DNA of 64,000 nucleotides, taken from positions 93,002,001-93,066,000 of the forward strand of contig NW_024704743.1 in the NCBI RefSeq assembly GCF_018977255.1. Direction: 5' to 3'. The notes under the pieces are model-generated. The model made no database searches. It was not told where the DNA came from and worked only from the letters and a program-made list of their open reading frames with translations. This document shows, piece after piece, positions 15,030-27,954 of the stretch (its first letter is position 1; every line of letters starts with the position of its first letter). Source of the stretch: Callorhinchus milii (taxonomy: Eukaryota). The translations under genes were made by a program, and so were the position numbers.

Positions 15030-15193
15030 ACGATCCACGACTGTTTGTGGGACACTGCTGTGTGCAACCGGCTGCAGTGTTTCGCCCACAAAATATACAG
15101 TCGATCTACTTTGCAGTATATTCTGTGAAGCGCTTTGAGACACCTCAATGACATGATAAGGCGCTAAGCCAAATGCAAGGATTGTTATTATTT
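15030..15193 (+). mobile_element. 5'-truncated Deu-type SINE with L2-like tail
   Basis: CTGTTTGTGGGACACTGCTGTGTGCAACCGGCTGC core resembling the DeuSINE/SacSINE1 body; tail AGCGCTTTGAG...AAGGCGCT..CAAATGCAAGG-(ATT)n. Confidence 0.8.
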
Positions 15194-16224
15194 TAAACAT
15201 CTATAGAACTGACAACATGTGTAGGATATTGGTTTGAAAGACTCCTGTTTTAAGGTATGGGGCCATGTTGGTAACTGGGGCAGTAGGGAATACAAGAGTG
15301 GAACAGTCCACTTGTCATTTCCATCATAACTGTGTCACATGTAATGGTGGGAGCATATTGTTGATGTACAATGTTATAAAGATGATTTATGTCACCTATC
15401 ACAATGTTTGATAACCACAGTGCAATTGGTTGGCTAACCATTAGGTTAGGTTTAGTTGGTAGCTCTCTCATTCTGGTCCGAAGGTTGTGGGTTGGGTTAA
15501 AACTCCACACTGCAATGTGAGTTCATCATCTACTCCAGTCCAGATGATCTGCCACATGTGTCCTTCAAATGAAAAGTTAAACTAAGGTCCTATTTATTAT
15601 TATTATTATATTCCTTATTATTATTATATTATTATTTGCCTGTTCTTCAGATGGACCTAAAACATCCAACAATACTCTTCAGAGCGAAGGGAGCTTATTC
15701 TGGTTGCAGGATTTGCCTACAAAAAGTTAGTGTACCTTACAGCAATTATTGTGAAGTGAATTTGACTTTATAAAATGCTTCAAAAATGCAAATCTACAAT
15801 GCAAACATTATAAATTAAAATTAAACAACAAAAAACATTATGCAGCCCTTCTGAAGTGAAAGACACTATATCAATGTAATTTGTTGTTGTAAAATCTAAG
15901 ACATGCATGTAAACAACTTCTAAAATTCCCATAACAAAGTGAAAAACAATTAACTACAATGCACAGTAATGCTATACAATTTTTTTCTACACTTTTATAT
16001 ATTTGGTCTTACACATTTTAAATTGCTCTGCTAGGTTTTGCTAGGTTTTGCAGCACAGTTCAAAGTTGTGCATTTTATTGCATTCTAAATTCAATGCAAG
16101 GTCAAGGACTGATTTGCTGGAGCATAGCCTGTGGAAGTTTGACTGTTGCTTCTCTAATACGAATGAGTGTAAAAAACTTGCTTTTAAATTTAAAACCATG
16201 TCTTCTTCAGTCAAGCTGTAGGGA

Positions 16225-16680
16225 TAGTTCATATGTCATCCTTCAATTCTAGGACTTACTTGGGTATGTATCGAGCTGAAATTGACAAGTGAAGGTCTTG
16301 TCTCATTTTGCCAGCTGTAAATGGTACATCAAATCGATCTGGTAGTCTCAACCCAATTCCTTGTGGGCATGGGCCCATGCTATAAGACTAGCCCATGATT
16401 CAACACAATTTGGCAAACTCACTCAAGGAAACGTGAGGATGACAGCAGTGGGATGTAGAAATTCACACTGGTGTATTAGGAGATGTTCCTCTGGTGTGAT
16501 TGATGTGACACTTTGTTGAAGAAAAATAGACAGTTTTTTCTCTAAGTTCTGCAGTAATTTCTAAATCCTAAAATAATGCTGACCTAGGAATGCTTGATGG
16601 TGAGAGAGATGCTTAAAGTGGAAACATATTCCATTCCCCAGCTGCAATAATTCCTCACCTGATGAACAGAGACTCACAAA
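16225..16680 (+). mobile_element. Ancient SINE remnant, LF-SINE-like
   Basis: TGGTAGTCTCAACCCAATTCCTTGTGGGCA resembles the recalled LF-SINE body. Related segments recur at 27955-28200, 29085-29230 and 6540-6640. Confidence 0.4.
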
Positions 16681-18304
16681 AATGAAAACTTTTCTTTAAA
16701 TTAGGGTTATGTTATAGGCATATTATTTGTGTTTTCCTATCTAATTGTAAATTATGAATGCTCGATACTAATTGGTTCTGAAAGTATACGTGCGTACAGT
16801 TGAATAATTTATGTTTTGCAATTGTATTTTTAATAGCAGTCTCTGCTATTAATATCAACAAAATGATTATAAGAATATAACTAAAATGTTCAGCACCACA
16901 ATTCCGAATTATACGTCTATAAATCCACCTTTGGTCAGGGAACCAGAATAGACAGTGGCTTGTTTAAATAGCAGCAGTATTTCAGAAGCAATACACACTG
17001 CCATATTATTTATTATAGCTTGCATTGTAGCTGCAAGGTTTCTTGGAAACTATGCCTAGCACAACTTGAAGCTATTTTTTGCCAAGGTTTGATATCATTT
17101 CAGAAATTTCATTATTTTCTTAAGCGAAAAAAAATCAATCTGTTGACTGATAGAATAGCTTCAACGTTAACATTCCAATGATCCCCACTGTAACACTGAG
17201 ACGTCCCTGACAGTAACTACATCAGATGTTTTGCTTTGTCATATCAAGTATTTGCCAGTTATGTAACGAACATTTATGGAGGCTTGTCTCTGCAGACTTG
17301 TAGTCATTCGAATATAATGAGCCCATTTATGTACTGAAGCAACATATTGTCAAATTCTACCTAGTTGCACTTAAGCACTGGGTCAGCCAGGAGGGAATCA
17401 GCTTCAGGGTTTCAGGCTCATAGTTGTTAGTTTTACATCAGTGCTCCCTAATAAACTGATGAGGAATAAATAAACTCATTATACCAGAATGTGACTTGAA
17501 TCCAAAGAAAACTGCTATTTAAGAGTATAAGATTGCCAAATAGGGTGAATAAGGTATTAATCTACTATTGTAACAATTAATAATCCTTGCATTTGAAATC
17601 CTTACATCCTTTGCATTTCCACATTGAAGCATCTCAAAGTGTTTTCTGCAGTTTTTCTGTAATGTGTTTTATTTACTTTAAAGTGTAGTGACTGTGTATT
17701 TGTAGGCGAACTATACCTTAATCTTCATTGGCAACCATGTAGTTTTTAATTGGCAAAGGAAAATGTTTTGTCTATCTCATTATATAGAACATACAAAGAT
17801 GTAGCATACTAGTAATCTGTTTTGTAATTCTGAATTTATTTACAATTGTAGATAGAGTTCATCAGTTTTAACACAATATTATTCTAATGCATCTGCAAAT
17901 TGAGATGAGTTAAATACATTCACATTGGAATATAATCATGATTCCAGCAACATGATTTGCAAATTAGGGAAATTTGTTTGCAAAATATTTAAAAGCAATT
18001 TAGGTCATCTTCTGCACAGTATAAATTTGGCAAAGATTTCTATTGTTATTATGGGAATAAATATTGGTTTACACTAGCAATATTGTGCTACAATACAGGC
18101 AAAATAAATTGGGAATGGGCCACATTTGTAGCACTTAACTTCGACATTCTAAATTATTTCATGCCTATTTTATTGGGAAAAAATAGTGTGAGAGTAGCAT
18201 AGGATGAACCCAAATGACTTTCAGTTCTTTATTAGTACAATACGATTTTTATTTTATGTACTGTTCTGATGTGATAGTACCATGTGGCAATGACAGCCAA
18301 TTAG

Positions 18305-19250
18305 GAATATAGGAACAGGAGGAGGTCATTAAGACCACTGATCCTTTACCTCCAGTTTCATAAATTATGGCTAGTTGTGTAAGCCCATTTCCTCATTTCT
18401 TCCTTAATTCTGATTCTGCCTCTTCTGCCTTTTGGACCAATGTGTCCAAATTTTCACGATCTACTTTATGAAAAAAAATGTTTTCTGCTTTGACTTCTAA
18501 GATTTTTTAGTCCTAATTTCAAGATTATGACCCTTTGTTTTGGATTTCTCTGACAGAAAGAAGAGTCCTTTTTAGCTTGTCAGATCGATTTCATTATTTT
18601 ATTCGCCCACAAAATACACAGTTATGACATTTTATAGTATATTCTGTGAAGCGCTTTGAGATGCTTCAATAATATGATAAGACACTATATCAAATGCAAG
18701 GATTATTATTATTATTAAATCATGTGATGCACTTAGAGACATCCTCCCAACGTTAAAGGTAATATATTAAAACCCTCGTCTTCAACTGAGCCTTCGGCCA
18801 TCCTCCACCCTCCTCGATTCCGACCCCAGCTCGGGTCCAAATCCTTGACTGTCTAGCACTTTGGGATGTTCTCCCAACATGAAAGGTGTTATACAAATGC
18901 AATTTTCTATTGCATAGTGTTGTAAATTCAAGGATTATTATCATCAAACACCTCAGTCAGATCACCCCTTCACCTCTTCTGATAAAAGGAACATAATCTA
19001 TGTCTATCTGGCCTCACATCATAACTGAACCCTTTTAATCCAAATATTAAACCAATGAATCAGCTCTGAACACCACCTAAGGCTAGTATATTCTTCTTAA
19101 AGTCATTTGCCCTAATCTGAGCACTGTGCTCCAAGTGAGGTCCAATCACTACTTTATATAGGTAGTGCAGCACTAACTTACATCCTTTTGTATTGTAGAC
19201 ACTGTTTTATTAAGACAAGCATATCTTTCACTTACAATTTGCCTTTAATA
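18305..19250 (-). mobile_element. Old CR1 3' fragment with nested SINE and L2 tails
   Basis: TAGGAATATAGGAACAGGAGGAGGTCATT 3' end and degenerate RT C-terminus. Inserted SINE/L2 tail pieces at ~18600-18945. Confidence 0.6.
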
Positions 19251-19337
19251 ATAATAATAATCCTTGCGTTTAATATAATGCCTAATCATATTGTCAAGAT
19301 GTACTCAAAGCACCTCACATAATTTTATTGTGAAGCG

Positions 19338-20222
19338 TACACATAACGTAACATAACATGTAGGAGCAGGAGTAGGCCATTCGGCCCTTCGAGCCTGCCC
19401 CGCCATTCAATCATGGCTGATCTTCTAATCTAACTCCAGCTAATAACCTGACCCTGCCTTATCCCCATATCCCTTAATCCCTTTTGCAATAAGAAATCTA
19501 TCTATCTCAGTCTTGAATATGTTCAAGGACTGAGCATCAACAGCCCTTTGGGGTAGTGGGTTCCATACATTCACTACCCTTTGAGTGAAGAAGTTCTTCC
19601 TCAACTCAGTGCGAAAGGGCTGGCCTCTGATTTTAAGGTTGTGACCCCTGGTTTTAGTTTCTCCAACCAGGGGAAACAATCTCCCACTATCTACTCTGTC
19701 ATGCCCTTTGATGATCTTATAGGTTTCTATAAGATCCCCTCTAATTCTTCTATATTCTAGAGAATATAGGCCCAAATTGGTCAGCCTATCCTCGTAACTC
19801 AACCCCTTCATCCCTGGTACTAACCTAATAAATCTACGCTGCACCCCCTCCAAGGCAAGTACATCCTTCCTTAAATGAGGAGACCAAAACTGGACACAGT
19901 ATTCCAGGTGTGGTCTCACCAGGGCCCTATACAGTTGCAGCAAGACTTCCCTACTCTTATACCCTAATCCTTTCATAATGAAAGTTAACATACCGTTCAC
20001 CTTCCTAATTGCTGCTGCACCTGCAGACTAACTTTCTGTGATTGGTGTACAAGGACACCCGAGTCCCTCTGGACGCTAACACATTCCAATTTCTCCCCTT
20101 CTAAAAAATAACCAGCTCTACTGTTTTTGCTACCGAGGTGGATGACTTTGTACTTCCCTACATTGTACTTCATCTGCCACCTACCTGCCCAATCACCTAA
20201 CTTATCTATGTCTCGCTGCATT
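19338..20222 (-). mobile_element. CR1-clade LINE 3' fragment (young)
   Basis: ORFs 19997-20293 and 19440-20000 give WQMKYNV.K..VIH and RPHLEYCVQFWSPHLRKDVLALEGVQRRF...FFTQRVVNVWN. 3' UTR GGCCGAATGGCC stem and (TTATG)n-like tail. Confidence 0.93.
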
Positions 20223-20412
20223 TTTTTAATGTCATGCATTTTTTTAATGTTAATGTCGTTTCGCCTGCAAAATATACAGACAAGCAATTTCACACAGAAT
20301 TAATGACCATTTTATCTGATGGAATATTTTCCAGAATACCAGCAGAAATTTGTTTCTCTTTACAAATAATGCATGGGATCTTTCATGTCCCTCTGAACAG
20401 GCATCCAGGGCA

Positions 20413-20853
20413 TCTATCTTCTATCTGTCTTCTATCTATCTATCATCTGTCTATCTTCTTCTATCTTCTTCTATCTATACTAATAAAGTGAGAATGTCTA
20501 TCTATGTGTCACCCAAGGTCTCAATAACCGATTGACATACAAACATGATTTATACCTCATAGGAAAGGCCTTGCATTTGGGGGTGTCATGAGCATATTTT
20601 GTTTCCGGGATCTCCTACCATTGATGACTTATGACCTAAACAAGCTCATCACATATGTATGACAATTTTGCGTTGCTGACACTTGCTTAACGCAGAGCTG
20701 ATGGCCGCATTGGCTCCCACTGGCGCTGTAGCATCATGCGTCACAGAGCATGTACATATGTACACACGCACGCATGCAGCACACATGCATTCAGATGAAG
20801 CCAAGTGGCGGGAACAAGATAAAGATGCCTAGGTGAATATCAGGCCTTTCAAG
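20413..20853 (+). mobile_element. Non-autonomous Helitron-like element (diverged copy)
   Basis: A|TC start, TCTA-rich leader, TCTATACTAATAAAGTGAGAATGTCTATCT. Aligns with ~49040-49370. Ends in a GCCT..AGGC remnant hairpin and CAAG|T (decayed CTAG). Confidence 0.6.
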
Positions 20854-20904
20854 TACAAATAACAACAACAACAAGATTATTTGTATAGCGCCTTTCACAT
20901 TGCA

Positions 20905-21780
20905 ACAAATTACAGTAAGATATTAATAAACTTGCTGAATGGGCATTTAAATGGCAAATACATTTCAATGTAGAAAAGTGTGAGGTGTACATTTTTGTAG
21001 AAGGAATAAGGAAGTCACATACATCCTGGAAAATAAAAACCTAAATGGGGTAGCGGAGCAAAGGGACCTAGGGGTACACATAAACAATTCACTAAAAGTA
21101 GCAACACAAGTTAGTAAGTCCATAAAACAGGCAAACCAGGCATTGGGGTTCATTTCTACAGGGATAGAAATGAAAAGGAGGGAAGTTATGGTAAACTTCT
21201 ATGGAACCTTGGTTAGACCCCACTTAGAATACTGTGTGCAGTTCTGGTTCCCACATTATAGAAGGGGTGTAGGGGCAATGGAGAGGGTGCAAAGGAGATT
21301 CACAAGGATGATCCCACAACTGAGAGGTTATTTCTATCAGGAAAGGCTGAACATGCTTGGACTCTTCTCTTGAAGGAGGGGGGTAAGGGGTGACCTGATA
21401 GAGGTCTTTAAAATTATGAAAGGTTTTGATAAGGTAGACATAGGGAAGTTGTTTCCACTTGTGGGGAGACCAAAACCAGGGGCCATCAATATAAAATAGT
21501 CACAAATAGACAAATAGGGAAGTTAAAAGAAATTTCTTCACCCAGAGAGTAGTGGGAATGTGGAACATGCTACCACAAGGAGTTGTTGAGGCAAATAGCA
21601 TAGATGAATTTAAGGGAAAGCTAGATAGGTACATGAGGGAGAAAGGTATAGAAGGTTATGCTTGAAGGCTTAGTTGAGGAAGGGCAGGAGGAGGCTCATG
21701 TGGAGCATAAACACTGGCACAGACCAGTTGGACTGAATGGCCTGTTTCTGTACTGTATATTGTTGTGTATTCTAATGTAT
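20905..21780 (+). mobile_element. CR1-clade LINE 3' fragment
   Basis: ORF 21143-21373 ([27 protein letters not shown]), FFTQRVV..WN and 3' UTR GGACTGAATGGCCTGTTTCTGT. Confidence 0.92.
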
Positions 21781-21781
21781 T

Positions 21782-21930
21782 CCCTTCCAAAGGAAGGCAT
21801 CTCAGACAATGCAGCACACCCAGAGCACTGCATTAGAGTGTTAGCCTCAACTGTGAGCTCAAATCCTGATGTGGAGATTGAATCCATGACTTTTTGACTC
21901 AGAGGCGAGAGTGCTGCCAACTGAGACAGG
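21782..21930 (-). mobile_element. tRNA-derived SINE head (SacSINE1-like)
   Basis: Reverse strand reads CTCAGTTGGCAGCACTCTCGCCTCTGAGTCA...GGATTCAATCTCC with Pol III A/B-box-like motifs; same head as 58465. Confidence 0.7.
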
Positions 21931-24900
21931 ATAATAAAGTTTGTTCTGAGATAATTGTCCAATGACATCGTAATTGACAAAGTTACAGAAGTTGCAAAGT
22001 GCTAAGGAATGAAATTACATCATTAAAAAAATAGCAAGACACATAGTACGACACATCGACATATTAAGTCATAGCAAACTTTTGTTTAAGTTATTCTCAA
22101 TTCAAACTTCGTAAGGGAACCTTGCTTCATAAATCATTTATTTTTTTCATCACAAGAATTTCTAGGCGAACACATAACTTCAACATAACTTCTGTCCACC
22201 TACAATATGTATTTGCATCTTAACATTCTTTTAAGAATATCACATTCAAAACGATGCTATAAATTCCATCCCTGAGAGTGTAACTTGTAAATTTAGACTT
22301 TTCTGAATCAGGCATAATGCCTACGTTTGACGTTGAAGCTATTTTTCAATCTGTACTGATAGGGCATGTAACTTTAATGGGATTTCTTTGCTTAGAAGAT
22401 ACAAACTGTACTATACTATGACTAAAAGGTCAGAGGCTCTATATTTTAATCGCAATTTACTCAGTTTAGAAATTTATGGCTGAGGCTGCTGGCAGTACAT
22501 TCTTCAGGTATGTAATTTAGAGTGTGTATATGATATAACTATTTTACTGTTTATAAACACTATAAATTTACTTACAGACAACAACGTTCAAAGTTAAGTC
22601 TGAATTCAAAAGTTTGCCAAACTCTGAACTCTGAAATGTTGCATAATTAGATTAAATCAACATCCAGATGGAATTTCTCCCCACAAGTTTCTAAAATCCT
22701 AAAGTTAGAATTTCAGCATAATTTATCATCTCGAAGTGACATCAGCGACACTTTTTACCCTTCTTGCCACAACACAAATGAAGTGATGTAATCGGGCTGG
22801 GTTGGAGGAGGAGAATCACCTTAACTATGTTGGAAGTGAAGTATGAAATAACGCTCAAAACACCGGTTCCAGGATTGAAAATTAAATGCGAGCCTCCTAG
22901 GCAGCGGTAAAAATATGCCTAAAATTTTTTAAATAAAAATTTGGAGCCAATCATTGTGCTGAAATCAAAGCAGAGGGGAAGGATGTGTCAGATCCAAGCT
23001 AATCTTCAGGAATGGAATGGAAAAATGCAATACTTCATAACAGATTAGATAATAATCAAATTTGTTATTAACTGTTGTATGTTGTACCCCAAATGTGCTT
23101 CACATTTTTATTATTCACTCTACTTTATAATCTCTGATCAATTTGAATATCCACATATTTTACCGAATATTATCTCCCCAAACTAATCATTTTAGACTTT
23201 TAGTCTCGGATTAAAAAACAATAAATTGTACATTTAAAATACAAACTGTGGTATGTACATACACACACACATACATACATACATATATACATGCATACAA
23301 CCTGCTTAAAAAAAAATGTGACAATTCCAAGCAAATTTACATTCTACTTAAGAGATTCTGACAAATGTAACAGCCACAGCACAGAACTGTAAAATAAACA
23401 GCCTGGCTTCCTTCATGTTATGTTACTCAGAATAAATTGTTATGGCTTTAACCACTGCCACTGAAAAATTAAACAGGTAAGCGACTGACCCTGGAGGAGG
23501 AGAGTTATGGTGCTTCATTTCCAGGACCTGATTAATGTGTGGGTAACTGTGTGGCAGCATGTGGCCCGGCATTTGAAAGGGAAAAACTCCACATGACCCA
23601 AAGTCAATATTACTATTTTTGAAGATGAAAGATTAGCATAAATAATCTGAGACTCATTCAACTCCCTCAGTCGGAGCTAGTTCTACCCGGGATCCAAGTG
23701 ATCATTTGAACTCACACTTTGCATTTAAATTTAGGAGGGGGAGTATTTTTGAGGGGAGGTAAAAGTTTTTGTTTATTGAGGTAGTGAATGGAAAATAGGA
23801 CACTTTCCTATTTTAAGCACCTGAGTAACGCTGAAAAAACAACAACAAGATTACATTTGTATAGTGTCTTTCACGTCGGGAGGACGTCCCAAGGCGCTGG
23901 ACAGTGTACAGCATTTCAGAATGAAGAATCAAAATGAAGGATAAGCCCAATGGGTGATTCTGGTTGCTATTAGTGATCCTGGTTCCTATTAACCCTGTAA
24001 GCCAAAGCCCTGACAGGTCTTAGTTGGAAAAGCAGCAGGAAGCTTGCCAAACTGTGCTTTCAACAACAACAACAATTTGGATTTATATAGCGCCCTTCAT
24101 GCCAGGTAATATCTCAGAATGCTTAGAGTTCAAATGCTGGCTTTCCAATTCAAGTGATTTCAAATTTGACCACCTGGGTGAAGAACAACAATTATAAATA
24201 GGTTCTGTGAATGAATATAATTCTCATGTGTTTTATGTTTTATGGGTATAGCTTTCAATGGCAAGCTGTGCAGTTTTAGCTGATTTAAATTCCTGCAGTA
24301 ACCTATTGCACACTTTGAGGGCCTCAAGCCTTGACTCTTGTCAACTTTTGCTTAATACTCTCTGAAATTAGTTAAGCATGATGTGTCCCTCCAGGGACAG
24401 ATTGTGCATTCCATTCCAAACCCAGGAATTTCCATGTGCAGGGAATTTCCATGTGCAGGGAACACTCAGTATGGGTTAGATACTCTTAAGCATGGTGATG
24501 GGTTTCCGCACGGGTCAAATACTCAGCTGACCAAAATAAAAGCTTTTTCGAGGGAATTAGGTAAATATCTAAAATTGAATAATTTGTAGGGATATGGGTA
24601 AAACACAAATGAGTGGGACTGAATGGATTGCTCTTTCAAAGATCCAGTACAGGCACAGTGAATGACCTTCATCTGTGTTGTAAAGTTCTATGATTCTGTG
24701 ATTTGGAAGTAGAGCAATTTGCAGGGGTTGGGAAAATCCTCTTTCACGTTCAAGGACTATAATTATTTTAAACTGGATGTTTGGAATGTATGAGCATATT
24801 CAAATGAAAGTATTACAATTTGTAATTAATTGTATAATATTCAAGTGTTATGTGGTCTTAGTTACGCTATTTAATTATTTGTTATTGATATATATACTCT

Positions 24901-27900
24901 AGTTTAATTGGGTTTTGGCACTTTCTGAAAGAGATTTGAAAGGCCAACACTGTACTTTGCTAAATTATTATATTGCTGGATTGCTAGAGGTGAAAGAGTT
25001 ACACAAAGCCTCTGCTGCAGCAATTGCTGGCAGTGACGGTTCCTATAATTTGTAACATGGTCATTTAAAGCTATTTCCAATTGGCACTTGGCATCAGGGA
25101 ATTACTCACGAGGAGTATTGTTCATGAAGTAAATTATGGTAGAATTATGGGTCATTTTATTATATAATATATAAATATAATATATGCATTTATGCACAAC
25201 AAATATACAGTCAATTCACTGTAAAGTATATTCTGTGATAAGGTGCGATATCAATTGCAAGGATTATTGTTATAAAGGAAGAAAAATATGTAATTTGGTA
25301 TCACAAAGCAAATCCTTAAAACAAATCTCATCCCCCTTAACTTCTGGGGAATATTTCTCCCTTTTGCTTTTCAGAATTCAAAAGTGCCATCCATCATCCT
25401 TTATATAGCTAGAAACTTTTATTTCTAAATTTATTGAGATAGCCGTCATTCCAGGCCACAGATTTAGCTTTTAGTTTTAATTCGCACATTCTAAGGTGAC
25501 ATTCCAATGCAGTTCTGGGGGGGATTCCATTGTTGGAGGTGCTGTTGTTGGGTGAGGTGTTAAAAACGAGGTTACATCTGCCTGTTCAGGTTCCCATGCG
25601 ATGCTCAGAAAGACAGAAAGAGAAGGGAGTTTCTCCCAGTTGCCTGCAAATGGACATTCACTCCACTTCACAGTAAATCCTGTGAAGCTCTTTGGGTCAT
25701 CCTCACGACGTGAAAGGCGCTATACGAAATGAAAGGATTATTATTGATAAAAATTTGTCTCAAAGGCATGTGGTGGAGCACCTTCAACCCAGATACCCCC
25801 CTCAACATGTCTTATAAGCAAGTGTTGATGGTTAGAGAGGAATGAGAGCTAGAACTTCAAAAATCAAGGAGGTGTCCAATCATCTCTGAGACCTGTTGTT
25901 AAGGACAGTTTTTATGCTAACATTTTAAATTACTTTCTGTCCTCGTGATAACAATCATAGAATTGATACATTACACACTAGATTTTCACCCCATTATTAG
26001 TTTTCTGACGAGGATCTCTGTCCTGGTCTTTCGATCCCTGCAGTCTTGTTACACTACCTATTGAATCTCCATATCTGTTCCCCACATCTAACTCTCGTCT
26101 ATTGCTTAATTAGCTCTCTCTTTGCTTTACTATCGGTGGACAAGCCTCCAGCCACCAGGCCCTGTTCTCTGGAACTCTCTTACAGTTCAGATGTTAATGG
26201 GTTCATGACCCATATTGGAAATTTGAGTCTAGGCTGACACTTCAATACAGTGCTAGGGCTACATTATTGGAGGTGCCAATTATTGTTCGGGTGGACATCC
26301 ACCTCCCACCCACCCCCACACCCCCCCCCCACACCCACACCCCCCCCCCCACACACACACAAAAGATATCACCTTCAAATACACAGGTATTACACGATGC
26401 AGTTCATCCTGGGGAGTGTTTGACACATCCTCCCAATGCAAAAGGCACGATATCAAATGCAAGGCTTAATATTGTTATAATAAATCAAATCTGTCATTCA
26501 CTTGAAGGCTATTTGGGGGACATTGCTTGCACAAATTGGCTGCTGCCTTCGCCTACAAAATACGCACAGTCACTCCACTTTACAGTAATTCCCATGCAGC
26601 AGCTTTGAGATGTTTCATCATGCAAATGTGCTATATCAAATGTAAAGATTATTCTTATTGTAAAATGTTCTAAAATCATATCTCTTCAACCGTGTCTTTA
26701 GCAGCATCTTTCAATCTTTTATTTCCCCATTTGTTGTCCACTATTTACATTTGCAAATGCTCTGAGACATTGATTGAAGTGAAGGGTTATATAAATTTAA
26801 GTTAATATGGAGTTCTTATGCAAGCATAACATGTCTCCCAATTATCAGACTCTTAATGACGAACACCGAAAGTGTATTTAATTAGTTCCCAAATTCCTTT
26901 TCAAGACAACATATTTCAAAAGATCAATTATTTTCACATGACACGTGTATTTGTATCAATTGTTTCTGTCATCTTTGCTTATATTGGATGGCTTCAGGAA
27001 TGACAATATAGGCAATGGTTAAAAAAATCTGCAAATGGGTTTCTTGCTGTTTGCAGAAATCTTAATGCATGCATAGTCCTGATGGACGCCTGACCTTTTG
27101 TACTCAATTATCTACGTATCTTTTTTTNAACTGAACTCAGCGTAGGTTTCTTGGAAAAAATCCAGCCTGTTAAAAGGTTTGGTACATTTATGGTGGATTT
27201 CATGCTAACTAACCAAGATTGGGCTTCCTTCCTTATATTCCTCTGAGATCTAACTGACAATTATTAAGAAGGAAATGGAGTACTGTACTATTTGTCTCCA
27301 TTAAGGTGAATGAATAATGGAGAAACAATTGAATTTGAACTTCTCTGTAATGATGCCTATGAAACACTATGTAATTTTCAAAGTCCTTACTCGTAGCACT
27401 GGCTACAATTTCTTCAAATAAGCAATTAACTGCCATGTCTCTGCTTTAAATCACACATTAATGATACTTTAGAAGCAAAATGGAGAATGATTGTAATGAA
27501 GATAAGGTAGCAGCACCCATACACACAAAATTGAAGTAAGTCTATTTCTGAAATATGAGATAATGCCTTCTGTGGCCAAACTTATTTTCTCTCGTGCAAG
27601 TGTTTGGTTATATTTCTTCTGCAATATTTTGAAAGAACACAATTACTTTTCATATACGGGTCTAAGTTGTACTGCTTCAGAACTGCAATGCAGAAGCAAA
27701 TTGTGTTGTAGCAAAGTTCCTGTGAGTCAGGATGATGTACTTGGTTTATTGAAACAAGGTTTCACTTGCTCCTTGGAGTCATTTTAAGGAATCCTGTTAA
27801 GGAACATTGCAATTTTATCCCTTTAGTCTTTAAAAAAGTGCACCTAAATATTGTTTGTAAAAAGAGTGGTAGTCAAAATTTGGAATATAATGGGAATGCA

Positions 27901-27954
27901 TGATTATTGACTATCCAATTTACTTTGCAAAACCATATCAAACAAAGAGACTCA

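Noticed and set aside
17454..17490. Hammerhead ribozyme cores (CTGATGA here; also ~16660, ~26005, ~51524)
   Set aside because: None has a paired stem II followed by GAAA plus stems I and III.
24423..24462. 17-bp tandem duplication containing GGGAATTTCC (NF-kB-like)
   Set aside because: Single short motif next to a decayed CR1 fragment; expected by chance and without supporting context.
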